Below the pieces are notes generated by a model. That model saw only the letters and a program-made list of their open reading frames with translations. It was not told the origin of the DNA and searched no databases. The translations under genes and the position numbers were made by a program. From the NCBI GenBank assembly GCA_964575465.1, contig CAZNSS010000001.1, positions 1 to 37,601 of the forward strand: a stretch of 37,601 nucleotides of DNA. Direction: 5' to 3'. Shown in pieces: positions 1 to 7,871 of this stretch (position 1 is its first letter; every line of letters starts with the position of its first letter). The stretch comes from an uncultured Holophagales bacterium (GTDB lineage: Bacteria; Acidobacteriota; Thermoanaerobaculia; UBA5066).

Positions 1-3000
1 GAGGGCCCGGGGGCCCGCGAGTCGCGAGGCGCGCGCCGTGAGGCGCGCGAAGGCCCCTCGGCCGTCGGGGGCCGAGGGGACGAGCTGTGCGAGGAGAAGG
101 CGCGACTCGGCGGCCGGGGCGTCGGGGGCGTCGGACGGAAGAGGGACGGAGAGCGTCGCGGCACGCGCGAGGGCCCTGCCGGAGAAGGAGACACGGACCG
201 CCGCGACGAGGCGGTAGCCCGCGACCGGGGTGAGGCCCGAAAGCTCCGCCGGGGTGAGGAGCTTCGCCTCGACGGCGACGCTCTCGGCGAGCGCCCCTTC
301 GGGAAGCGTCAGTTCGACTCCGTCGGGGGAGGTAACGGTTCCTCCGAGCCCCCCGAGGACCGAGCCGCGCTCGAGCGACTCGGGGAACGGGTAGAGGCGG
401 ACGTTCTCCCAGCCCGACTCGAGGACGACTTCCGAGGCCTTCGGGCTCGGCGAGACGGAGAACGAGAGGGCTCCGACCGTCGCCCGCGAAGCGGCTCCGA
501 CTTCCGTGGGCGAGATAGGTTCGTGCGCGAGGACGAGATCGACGGCGAAGGGAGCCTCGTAGAGCTCGCCTCCGCTCGAAAGAACGAGCTTCTCGTCGAG
601 GTAGGCCTGGACGGCGAGGCCCGAAGGCCATTTCGCCGCGCCATCGGCAGAGCGCGCGACGACGCGGGCCGTCGTGCGCCCCGCGGGCGAGACGACGGGC
701 GGGTCGAGTGCGAGCGTCGCACCGAGGGGCGGGACGGGAGACGGGAGGTTCGAGGCGGTGAGCGGCTGACCTTCGCCCGGGGCGAGCGACGGGGGCGCGA
801 TGGCGGTGTCGACGTCGGCGAGGACGATCGCGACGGCGCCCGGTGACGCAAGGGCGATTCGCGCGACGTCGGCATCGCCGCTTCCCGCCCGGCGCTCGAC
901 CGGCCCGAGCGTCAGCCAGCGCCCCGAGGCGAAGTCGTGGCGGACGGCGACGAGAGGGACCGCTCCGGGCGTCCTCGCAGGAATCGGGAGCGTGAGGTGG
1001 ACCGCCGCGGGGGCGAAGAGGGCCGACTGCGGAAGCGGCGCAGGGTTTGCGCCATCGGACTCCAGCCTCACGTCGGCCGCCGCGAGCGCCGACCAGCCGA
1101 GCGGGAGGAGCTCGGGGAGGGCCTGGGCCGAGACGGGAGTGAGTCGCACGGCGAGGCTGCCGGACGGAGGAACGACGAAGGCGTTCGGGGCGGCCTCGAG
1201 GAGAAGACCGGACGTGGCGGGACCGCCGAAGGTCCCGCCGGTCGTCGGGTCGAGCCGCGAGGATGCCGCTGTGGCGAGCGGAGTGAGACGGACGTCGAAC
1301 GGAACGGCGCCGCTGCCGGGGGCGAGCGGGAGGCGGCGAACGGCCTGGGTGTATCCATCCCTGGCGAGGTGCAGGGCGTACCGCCCCGCGACGACGTCGC
1401 CGAAGAAGCCGTAGCGCCCCCGGACGTCGGTCGTCGAGACGGCTCCGGGGACGTCGGGCGAGCCGACCGCGCCCGGGAGTACGGCCGAAGAGAGATAGAG
1501 CCGCGTCTCGACCCCGTCGAGCGGGCGGCCGGTCGCGTCGTCGTACGCCTCGCCCGAGAGGAACCCGCCGGAAAGGTCACCCGGACCGGCACCCGGGAAG
1601 AACGTGGTGACGAACGGAGCCGCGACGACGTTGCCGCGCTCGTCCGCGGCCGGAGCGCGGAGCGTGAGGCGGACGGCCTCGTCGCGCCACCAGGCGTCCG
1701 TCGCCGTCGGGAGGTCGACCCGAAGGGCCTTCCCGTCCGCCTCGAGCGAGACGGCCCCCGGGCGCGGGGCGGCGGTCGGATCGCTTTCGAGCGAGAGGAG
1801 GAGGCTCGCGCCGTCGCCCGCCGCGGCCGAAAGTGAGAGGGTCGAGGAGCTCATCGGCTCGGAGAAGAGGACCGTCAGGCGGCCCGACGTGCGGTCGAGC
1901 TCGGCCCGTTCCACGAACGGCGCGGAGCAGTCCTTCCGGACGAGGGCGTGGACCCCCGGACTCGACGTCCCGTCGCGGCCGAGGACGCGGATCGAGACGT
2001 CGTGGTAGCCGTTGCCGACGAGCGGGAGCGAGAGGAGGAAGCGGCCGCTCGCGTCGGCGGTCGCGCCGACGCTCACCGCGCCGTCGGTCGCGCGCAGCGT
2101 AGCGCCTGCCGGGGCAGTGCCACGAAGCTCGAGCCCGGAGGCGCAGACGACGGCGGGCGGCGGCGGCTCGAGAACGGGCGAGACGCCCGTCACGGCCGGA
2201 GCCACCGTGAAAGACGACTCGAACGGGGTCGCGAGGGCGTTCCCGGCGACGTCGGTGAGACCCGTGCCGAGAGAGACGCGGTACGACGCGCCCGGCGTCA
2301 GTCCGGCACCAGGAACGAAGGCCACGGCGCTCCCCGCGATCGAGAAGGTGCCGACGATCGGCTCACCCAGGCCGTCGCGGGTCACGACGAAGCCGCCTGG
2401 CGCGACGAGCGAGGGCTTCGAAAGCTCCTCGGAGAAGAGGACGAGGAGGATCCCGTTCGGGTCGGTCCCTGTCGATCCCGACACCGGGACGACCTCGACG
2501 ACCTCTGGCGCCGTCGTGTCGCGAACGACGAGGCGCCTTACCGAGGCCGCGCGGCCGGAGAGGTCCTCCACGCGGACGATCAGTCCAACGGTGCCGTCCT
2601 GAGTCGGCGCGGCGGCCGACGTCGAGAAGGAGACGTGGCGCCGGCCGTCGGAAGCAGGCGCGTCCCACGTGAGAGTCGCCGGATCGAGCGAGATGCCGTT
2701 CACGGAGACTGCGGCACCCTCCGTCGCCCAGGTCTCTCCGGCGATCGGGATCGAAGGCGCGGAGGAGTTCGTGAGGCGGACCAGGTCCGACGGCGCGTCG
2801 AGACGCAGCGCCGGCCCTCCGGCGTCGACGACGACCTCGGATTCGACCGTCGTCGAGAGGCCCGCCGCGTCGGTGGCGGTGACGCGAATGCGGAGGGTGC
2901 CCGACGCGGCGCCCAGCGGAAGACCTTCGGCGCGGAACGCTCCGGTCGGGTCGACGATCGCCGGCGAGGAGCCGACCGTGCTTCCACTTCCTGCGATGCT

Positions 3001-6000
3001 CGACGCCACGACCGACTGGAGGTGCGCTTCGGAGCCGATGTCGACGAAGCCCGTCACGTCCGCCACGGGAGGAGAGTCGCCGCGCCGCCCGAAGCGGGCG
3101 CCCGAGGTCGGCCACGTCAGGGTCACGCGAGGGGCCTGGCTGTCGCGCGCGACCACGACGCGAGACTCGCCCGCTCGTCCAGCCCGGTCGACGCCCCTCG
3201 CGACGAGGACGTTCGGCCCCTCGGTGAGAGCGACGCCGGGAACCGTGAACGCCGTCCCGGCGCGCGCCGCGGCGTCGACCTTCACTCCGTTGAAGTAGAG
3301 ATCGGCCGCGACGTCGGAGAGGGTTCCGGACGCGGGGGTCCGAGCCGTCGCGACGAGGGCGCCCGCAACCGGGGAGGAGATCGAGATCTGAGGCCCCTCG
3401 TCCGAGAGACGCGTGATGCGAACCCAGGTCGCCGCCGGAGACCCCGCGGCAGCCTCGCACGCGAGCTCGAGGGCGTTCTCGCCGACGACGGGAAGGGGCA
3501 CGTCGCCCGCGGCGAAGGTGCCGTCCGCGGTGGCAGCGACGTACTCCTGCATCCCACCGCCCGCCTGCGGAACGCGGACGACGACTCGGCGCGACGTCCC
3601 GCTCTTCCCGACGATCGTGACCTTCCCGTCGGGAGTCGTCGAGCCGTCCGCCGGGCGGATGTCCACGAGGGAGCACCCTCCACCACCGACGACGAAGCTG
3701 CGGCTCGCGCGCGTCTCGTTCCCTGCCGTGTCGACCGCCACGACGGAGAGGACCCAGCCGCCTGCCTCCGGAATCGAGACCTCCGTCGACGGCGACGACG
3801 CCGATACCGAGGCCCCGTTCAGGAGGATCCGCGGAGCAGGAGCCGCGCCTCCGGCATCCGACACGGCGACCGTGACGGTGACGGGCCCCGGGAATGACGC
3901 GCCGTCGGCGAGAGGATGCCCCGCGGCGGAGAAGGAGACGGACGGGGCCGTCGAGTCGGCGACGACGGAGACACTCGCGGAGCCGGTGCGTCCGTGAGCG
4001 TCGTTCGCGGTGACGGTGAGGGCATTCGGACCGTCGTCGAGCGGAACGTCGAGAACTCGGAACGCACCCGTCGCGTCGATCGCCGCGCTGAGCGCGCCTG
4101 CGCGGACGAGGCCGTCGACCGTCGCGTCCGCTCCGCCGACGACCGCGCCCACGAGGTCGATCTTCCTCCGGTTCGTCCGCGCCCCCTCGGCCGGCGAGAT
4201 GAGGACGACCTTCGGTCCCCCCGACCGGACGACGACCTGGACGGCGGCCGACGCGGTGCGCCCGAGCGCGTCGACGGCGACGGCGACGAGCTCGTTCGGA
4301 CCGTCGGGCTCGAGTGGGAGGCCGGGGAGGCTCCAGGTCGCCCCCGAGACGACCGCCGCGCGGCCGTTGACCTTCACCGCGGTCGCGCCCGAGGCGCGGG
4401 CGATCGAGACCGCTCCCGCGACGTCGGCCGTCGGCCCCGGCAGGGTTGCTCCGTCGGGAGGGGAGGTGATCGAGACGCTCGGCCCCGAAGCCGTATCGAT
4501 CGAGAACGACGCGTGCGCCCTGGCTTCGCGCCCCGCCACGTCGAGAACCCTCGCCTCCACGGCGTGTGCACCGGCCCCGGAGATGGGTGTACCGAGGACG
4601 TACGCTGCGCCGTCGACCGTTACTGTCAGGGTTGCCGCACCCGTTCCCGTAAGGGGCTCGCTCGTTCGGATCTCCGGCGTAACGGCCGAGAAGAAGGTCC
4701 TGCCAGTACCGAGCGGGAGATCGCCGAGGAGGATCTCGACCACGGGCCCGGTGGTCTTCACCGTGAAGGAACGCATGACCGTCGCCCGGTTCCCGGCCCT
4801 GTCGACGAGCTCGACGGAGACGGAGTTCTCCCCTTCTTGCCACGGGAACGGCACGAACGAGAAGGAGACGGCATCGGTTCCCGGCGTGACGACGGCGTCT
4901 CGGCCTCCCACGCGAACCGCGCGGACGTCGGGAGAAGCCGTCCCTGCGAACGTCGTGACCGGGTCCTTGAGGAGCGCGCCGGCCCCGGGCGTCGTCGAGA
5001 TGAGGGTCGGAGGCGTCGTGTCGATCGCGAACGAGGCGTGGACGACCGCCTCGTGCGCCGCGCAGTCGCGGGTGCGCGCGACGAGGAGGTGCGTGCCCTC
5101 AGCGGCGATGGGCGTCGCCTCGACGTACGGGTCGCCGTCGAGGGTCAGCATGACGGGAGGCGGCGCGGCGGCCCCGTCACGGATCGACGCCCGCGCCGAG
5201 AGCGCGCGGTTCAGCAGGGCGGGGGACGAGCCCTGAGGCGGCGTCGCTCCGGCTCCCGCGCCCGGGAACGGGGCGCCGTCGAGCGTCAGCGCGAGCTCCG
5301 GGGTCGAGGCGTCGACCCGGAGGGTTGCGAGGGCGCGTGACGAGTGCCCGAGAGAGTCCATCGCCGAAACGAGGAGGGTGGCCCTCCCGTCCGCCGTCTC
5401 CGGGATCGGGAACGAAGCCGCGAAGGTTCCTGATGCGTCCACGGTGGCGGGCAGCGTCGTGGCGTTACCCGACGGGAGCGTGAGCGTGACGGACACTGCC
5501 GCCCCCTCGGGAGCGCCCGCCACTCTCGGGTGGGCGTCGGCGACACGGCCGGAGACAGTGACGGAGGTGCCCGCCGCGAGGCAGGCCCCCGAGGCCGGCG
5601 CCGTGACCGAGAGGACGGGCGGGAGCGTGTCGAGGACGACAGGATGCGTCCAGGTCGTCTCGTTCCCGGCCGTGTCTCGCGCGAGGAGCGGGAGGAGGTT
5701 CGTCCCCTCGACGAGAGGCACGGTCGCGGTGAAGGCCCCGCCCGGGCCAAGGACCACCGGGACACCGTAGAGCGTCAGCGAAATGGCGTCGCCGGCCGTT
5801 CCCGAGACGACGACGGGAGATGCCGCGACGAGGGAGCCGGCCGGCGGCGCCACGACGACGATCGCGGGACCCTGCGTGTCGAGGGTGAAACGGCGCGTCA
5901 GCGTGAGCTGCTGCGGAGGGGTGCCCGCGTCGGCCGCCACGACGGAGAGAACGTGCTCGCCATTTGCGGAGATCGACGTTCCCGAGCTCCACGCGGCGCC

Positions 6001-7014
6001 GTCGAGCGTCGCCGTGACGACGACGGGCGCACGACCGCCCGTCGTCGCGACCACGGGCGTGACGGCCCGACTGAATACGGCGCCGTCGACGAGAGGCTGG
6101 CCCGACTCCGTCACGGAGAGACCGAGGGGATCGGTTGGGTTCGTCACGACGGCGTCGCGAGTCAACCAGGCGCGCCCGTTCATCGTGAATCGCCCGCCGT
6201 AGGCACCTCCGGTGAGAACGCTTCCACCGTCGATGGTGATCGAGGCGGTGGGGCTTCCGGCGTAGACGAAGCCCTTCAGCGTCGACGAACCGTTCAGAGT
6301 CACGGCGGGACCGCTCGTGAAGAGACGCAGGAGCGCCGGGTTCCCCGCTCCGTTCAGCGAGGACGTGCCGTTGACGATGACCGTTCCGGTGGAGAGGATC
6401 CGGACTTCGCCGGTCACGCTGACCGATGAGCCGCCGTTGATCGCCACGTTCCGGAGGTAGTAGGCCCCGGCGGGCAGCGCGAGAGTCTCGTTGCCGCCGA
6501 GCGTCAGGTCGGGCGGCGAAGATCCCGAGAGAGGGTTCCGCCCCGTGCTCGTCCTCGGGATCCGCGCATTGTCGTTCGACGCCGCGAGCGTCTGGGCGAG
6601 GGGGGTGAGGTTCAGCGGTGCGCACGGCCAGGGAGAAGAGAGACTCCCCTTCGTTCCCGTGACGCGCGAGAGGCCCGTCGCCGTGACCTTCTTTCCCGGC
6701 CCAGCCGTCCCGTTGCCGCGAATCGTGCTGCTGCCGTTGAGGGTGATGGCGCCGTTCGCGACGACGTGCCCCTCGCCGCCCGTCCCCGACGAGGTCACCG
6801 TGCCGCCGCCGTTGATCGTCACGTCGTCGCACGAGAAGACGGCCTGGGTGAGGAACTCGGGCTTCAGCGCGAAGGGGTCGCTCTGGGCCGAAGCGCGAGA
6901 GGGCGCGAGAAGGAGGATCGCCGCACCGGCGAAAGCCCGGGCTGCGGTCCTCAGTCCGTCGAACGACGAAGGGCAGCTTGAGCGGCTCCGGGACGACGGG
7001 TCGGATCGCCTCAA
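1..7014 (-). CDS. Giant exported multi-domain surface protein, N-terminal 2338 codons (C-terminus lies beyond the left edge)
   Basis: Not in the ORF track because it has no stop inside the window. Manual translation of the minus frame (plus-strand triplets starting at positions = 1 mod 3) ran from 7014 to 1 without a stop. In the lines re-checked triplet by triplet there was no TTA/CTA/TCA, and the first base of those triplets (codon position 3) is almost always G/C. All listed minus ORFs in 1-7000 are in the other two frames. The product starts MRRSDPSSRSRSSCPSSFDGLRTAARAFAGAAILLLAPSRASA|QS (Sec-type signal peptide). It continues with a G/N/T-rich beta-helix-like region, 12 or more tandem Ig-like domains with D-T-x-P-P-x-[VIL] junctions, SbsA-type Ig domains and a CarboxypepD_reg-like domain. 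The start is tentative: TTG 7014-7012 has GAGG 6 nt upstream and overlaps the upstream stop as TTGA. GTG 7056 is an alternative. Confidence 0.85.
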   Translation of the reverse strand, partial: MRRSDPSSRSRSSCPSSFDGLRTAARAFAGAAILLLAPSRASAQSDPFALKPEFLTQAVFSCDDVTINGGGTVTSSGTGGEGHVVANGAITLNGSSTIRGNGTAGPGKKVTATGLSRVTGTKGSLSSPWPCAPLNLTPLAQTLAASNDNARIPRTSTGRNPLSGSSPPDLTLGGNETLALPAGAYYLRNVAINGGSSVSVTGEVRILSTGTVIVNGTSSLNGAGNPALLRLFTSGPAVTLNGSSTLKGFVYAGSPTASITIDGGSVLTGGAYGGRFTMNGRAWLTRDAVVTNPTDPLGLSVTESGQPLVDGAVFSRAVTPVVATTGGRAPVVVTATLDGAAWSSGTSISANGEHVLSVVAADAGTPPQQLTLTRRFTLDTQGPAIVVVAPPAGSLVAASPVVVSGTAGDAISLTLYGVPVVLGPGGAFTATVPLVEGTNLLPLLARDTAGNETTWTHPVVLDTLPPVLSVTAPASGACLAAGTSVTVSGRVADAHPRVAGAPEGAAVSVTLTLPSGNATTLPATVDASGTFAASFPIPETADGRATLLVSAMDSLGHSSRALATLRVDASTPELALTLDGAPFPGAGAGATPPQGSSPALLNRALSARASIRDGAAAPPPVMLTLDGDPYVEATPIAAEGTHLLVARTRDCAAHEAVVHASFAIDTTPPTLISTTPGAGALLKDPVTTFAGTASPDVRAVRVGGRDAVVTPGTDAVSFSFVPFPWQEGENSVSVELVDRAGNRATVMRSFTVKTTGPVVEILLGDLPLGTGRTFFSAVTPEIRTSEPLTGTGAATLTVTVDGAAYVLGTPISGAGAHAVEARVLDVAGREARAHASFSIDTASGPSVSITSPPDGATLPGPTADVAGAVSIARASGATAVKVNGRAAVVSGATWSLPGLPLEPDGPNELVAVAVDALGRTASAAVQVVVRSGGPKVVLISPAEGARTNRRKIDLVGAVVGGADATVDGLVRAGALSAAIDATGAFRVLDVPLDDGPNALTVTANDAHGRTGSASVSVVADSTAPSVSFSAAGHPLADGASFPGPVTVTVAVSDAGGAAPAPRILLNGASVSASSPSTEVSIPEAGGWVLSVVAVDTAGNETRASRSFVVGGGGCSLVDIRPADGSTTPDGKVTIVGKSGTSRRVVVRVPQAGGGMQEYVAATADGTFAAGDVPLPVVGENALELACEAAAGSPAATWVRITRLSDEGPQISISSPVAGALVATARTPASGTLSDVAADLYFNGVKVDAAARAGTAFTVPGVALTEGPNVLVARGVDRAGRAGESRVVVARDSQAPRVTLTWPTSGARFGRRGDSPPVADVTGFVDIGSEAHLQSVVASSIAGSGSTVGSSPAIVDPTGAFRAEGLPLGAASGTLRIRVTATDAAGLSTTVESEVVVDAGGPALRLDAPSDLVRLTNSSAPSIPIAGETWATEGAAVSVNGISLDPATLTWDAPASDGRRHVSFSTSAAAPTQDGTVGLIVRVEDLSGRAASVRRLVVRDTTAPEVVEVVPVSGSTGTDPNGILLVLFSEELSKPSLVAPGGFVVTRDGLGEPIVGTFSIAGSAVAFVPGAGLTPGASYRVSLGTGLTDVAGNALATPFESSFTVAPAVTGVSPVLEPPPPAVVCASGLELRGTAPAGATLRATDGAVSVGATADASGRFLLSLPLVGNGYHDVSIRVLGRDGTSSPGVHALVRKDCSAPFVERAELDRTSGRLTVLFSEPMSSSTLSLSAAAGDGASLLLSLESDPTAAPRPGAVSLEADGKALRVDLPTATDAWWRDEAVRLTLRAPAADERGNVVAAPFVTTFFPGAGPGDLSGGFLSGEAYDDATGRPLDGVETRLYLSSAVLPGAVGSPDVPGAVSTTDVRGRYGFFGDVVAGRYALHLARDGYTQAVRRLPLAPGSGAVPFDVRLTPLATAASSRLDPTTGGTFGGPATSGLLLEAAPNAFVVPPSGSLAVRLTPVSAQALPELLPLGWSALAAADVRLESDGANPAPLPQSALFAPAAVHLTLPIPARTPGAVPLVAVRHDFASGRWLTLGPVERRAGSGDADVARIALASPGAVAIVLADVDTAIAPPSLAPGEGQPLTASNLPSPVPPLGATLALDPPVVSPAGRTTARVVARSADGAAKWPSGLAVQAYLDEKLVLSSGGELYEAPFAVDLVLAHEPISPTEVGAASRATVGALSFSVSPSPKASEVVLESGWENVRLYPFPESLERGSVLGGLGGTVTSPDGVELTLPEGALAESVAVEAKLLTPAELSGLTPVAGYRLVAAVRVSFSGRALARAATLSVPLPSDAPDAPAAESRLLLAQLVPSAPDGRGAFARLTARASRLAGPRAL
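2205..6150 (-). repeat. Tandem array of about 12-13 Ig-like domains (last one SbsA/Big_5-like) in the left giant protein
   Basis: Recurrent domain junctions occur every 90-100 aa. Examples are DTQGPAIVVVAPPAGS, DTLPPVLSVTAPASGA, DTTPPTLISTTPGAGA, DTASGPSVSITSPPDGA, GGPKVVLISPAEGA, DSTAPSVSFSAAG, DEGPQISISSPVAGA, DSQAPRVTLTWPTSGA and DTTAPEVVEVVPVSGS. The last unit reads VVPVSGSTGTDPNGILLVLFSEELSKPSL...GLTDVAGNALATPFESSFTV, the SbsA-type Ig signature. Confidence 0.65.
6150..6880 (-). other. N-terminal G/N/T-rich beta-helix-like region of the left giant protein
   Basis: Translated segments include VTINGGGTVTSSGTGGEGHVVANGAITLNGSSTIRGNGTAGPG, RNVAINGGSSVSVTGEVRILSTGTVIVNGTSSLNGAGNP and TLNGSSTLKGFVYAGSPTASITIDGGSVLTGGAYGG. 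The periodic x-[IV]-x-G/N rungs are typical of parallel beta-helices. I cannot assign a family name. Confidence 0.45.
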
Positions 7015-7871
7015 CGCCGGCCTCGCTGGCGCAGCGCCGCTTCGTCCTCGGCCCACGAGACGACGAGCTCGAGGGGACTCGGGATGCGCCGGAGACCTTC
7101 GGGCACCTTCACGAGGTCCGGGGAAAGCGACACAACCGGCGCTGCCTTCGTCACGACCGTCTCGAGGACGGGCCCGTCGTCGCGCGACCCTGGAGTCCGG
7201 TTCACGATCCGGCGCGTCCTCACGGCGAGCGCCCCGCCCTCCATCTTCCGAACTGCCTCGAGGAGGTCGGCCGGTCCCACCGCGTCGTCCGTCGTTCCGA
7301 GGACGGTCCTCTCGAAATCGGCGATCGCGGCGATCGCCTCCGGCGACAGCCGTGGCCCGCTCTCGTCCAGCCAGACGTCGAGAGACGGCCCGCCCTCCAC
7401 CGAGGCTCGGAGACGCTTCCCCGGAGCTGTCGCCGCGGACAGGGCACCGCGCGACACGGGTGCTGGCACCTCAGTGACCTCCTCGACGCGGATCGGAAGA
7501 CGTCCGCTCACGGCCTGCGCCCGCCTCTTCGACGCCTCGCCGGTCGATTCCGCCTCCCCGAGCCTCCGGCGAAGCTCCGCGAACCTGCCGAACGACAGCG
7601 ACCAGTACGTCCCCTCCTTCGGCCTCACTTCCGTCACCTCGCGCCGCGCGAGGTCGACGATCGTCCGGCTCCCGTCGGACCGCTCCGAGACGAGCAGGCT
7701 CCCGCCGTAGGTGTCGCGCACGGTCTCGCCCGCGACGGGCGCGCCGACGCTGCCGTCGACGGCGTGGTGCTCGACGACGAAGGGAACGGGGAACGGCTCG
7801 CGAGCCCGGACCGGGAGCGACCAGGCGGACGCGACGACGACGAGGACGGAAGGCAGGCGTCGCAGGTTCAT
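7011..7871 (-). CDS. Exported 286-aa protein of unknown function, translationally coupled between the two giant genes
   Basis: This is the internal ATG (7871-7869) of track ORF 7011..8717. The product begins MNLRRLPSVLVVVASAWSLPVRA|REPF, a clear Sec signal peptide. Its ATG overlaps the TGA of the 5785-aa gene (ATGA), and its TGA (7013-7011) overlaps the TTG of the next gene. I recognise no domain. The stretch RTIVDLARREVTEVRPKEGTYWSLSFGRFAEL is faintly reminiscent of LolA-fold/DUF4412-type periplasmic proteins (weak). Confidence 0.8.
   Translation of the reverse strand: MNLRRLPSVLVVVASAWSLPVRAREPFPVPFVVEHHAVDGSVGAPVAGETVRDTYGGSLLVSERSDGSRTIVDLARREVTEVRPKEGTYWSLSFGRFAELRRRLGEAESTGEASKRRAQAVSGRLPIRVEEVTEVPAPVSRGALSAATAPGKRLRASVEGGPSLDVWLDESGPRLSPEAIAAIADFERTVLGTTDDAVGPADLLEAVRKMEGGALAVRTRRIVNRTPGSRDDGPVLETVVTKAAPVVSLSPDLVKVPEGLRRIPSPLELVVSWAEDEAALRQRGRR

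Noticed and set aside
1948-4843. Long R-rich ORFs (649 aa on plus, 826 aa on minus) and the other listed ORFs within 1-7000
   Set aside because: All are in frames other than the stop-free, high-GC3 minus frame, which encodes a coherent signal peptide plus Ig-domain protein. Their products are Arg/Gly/Pro/Asp low-complexity strings typical of off-frame GC-rich sequence.
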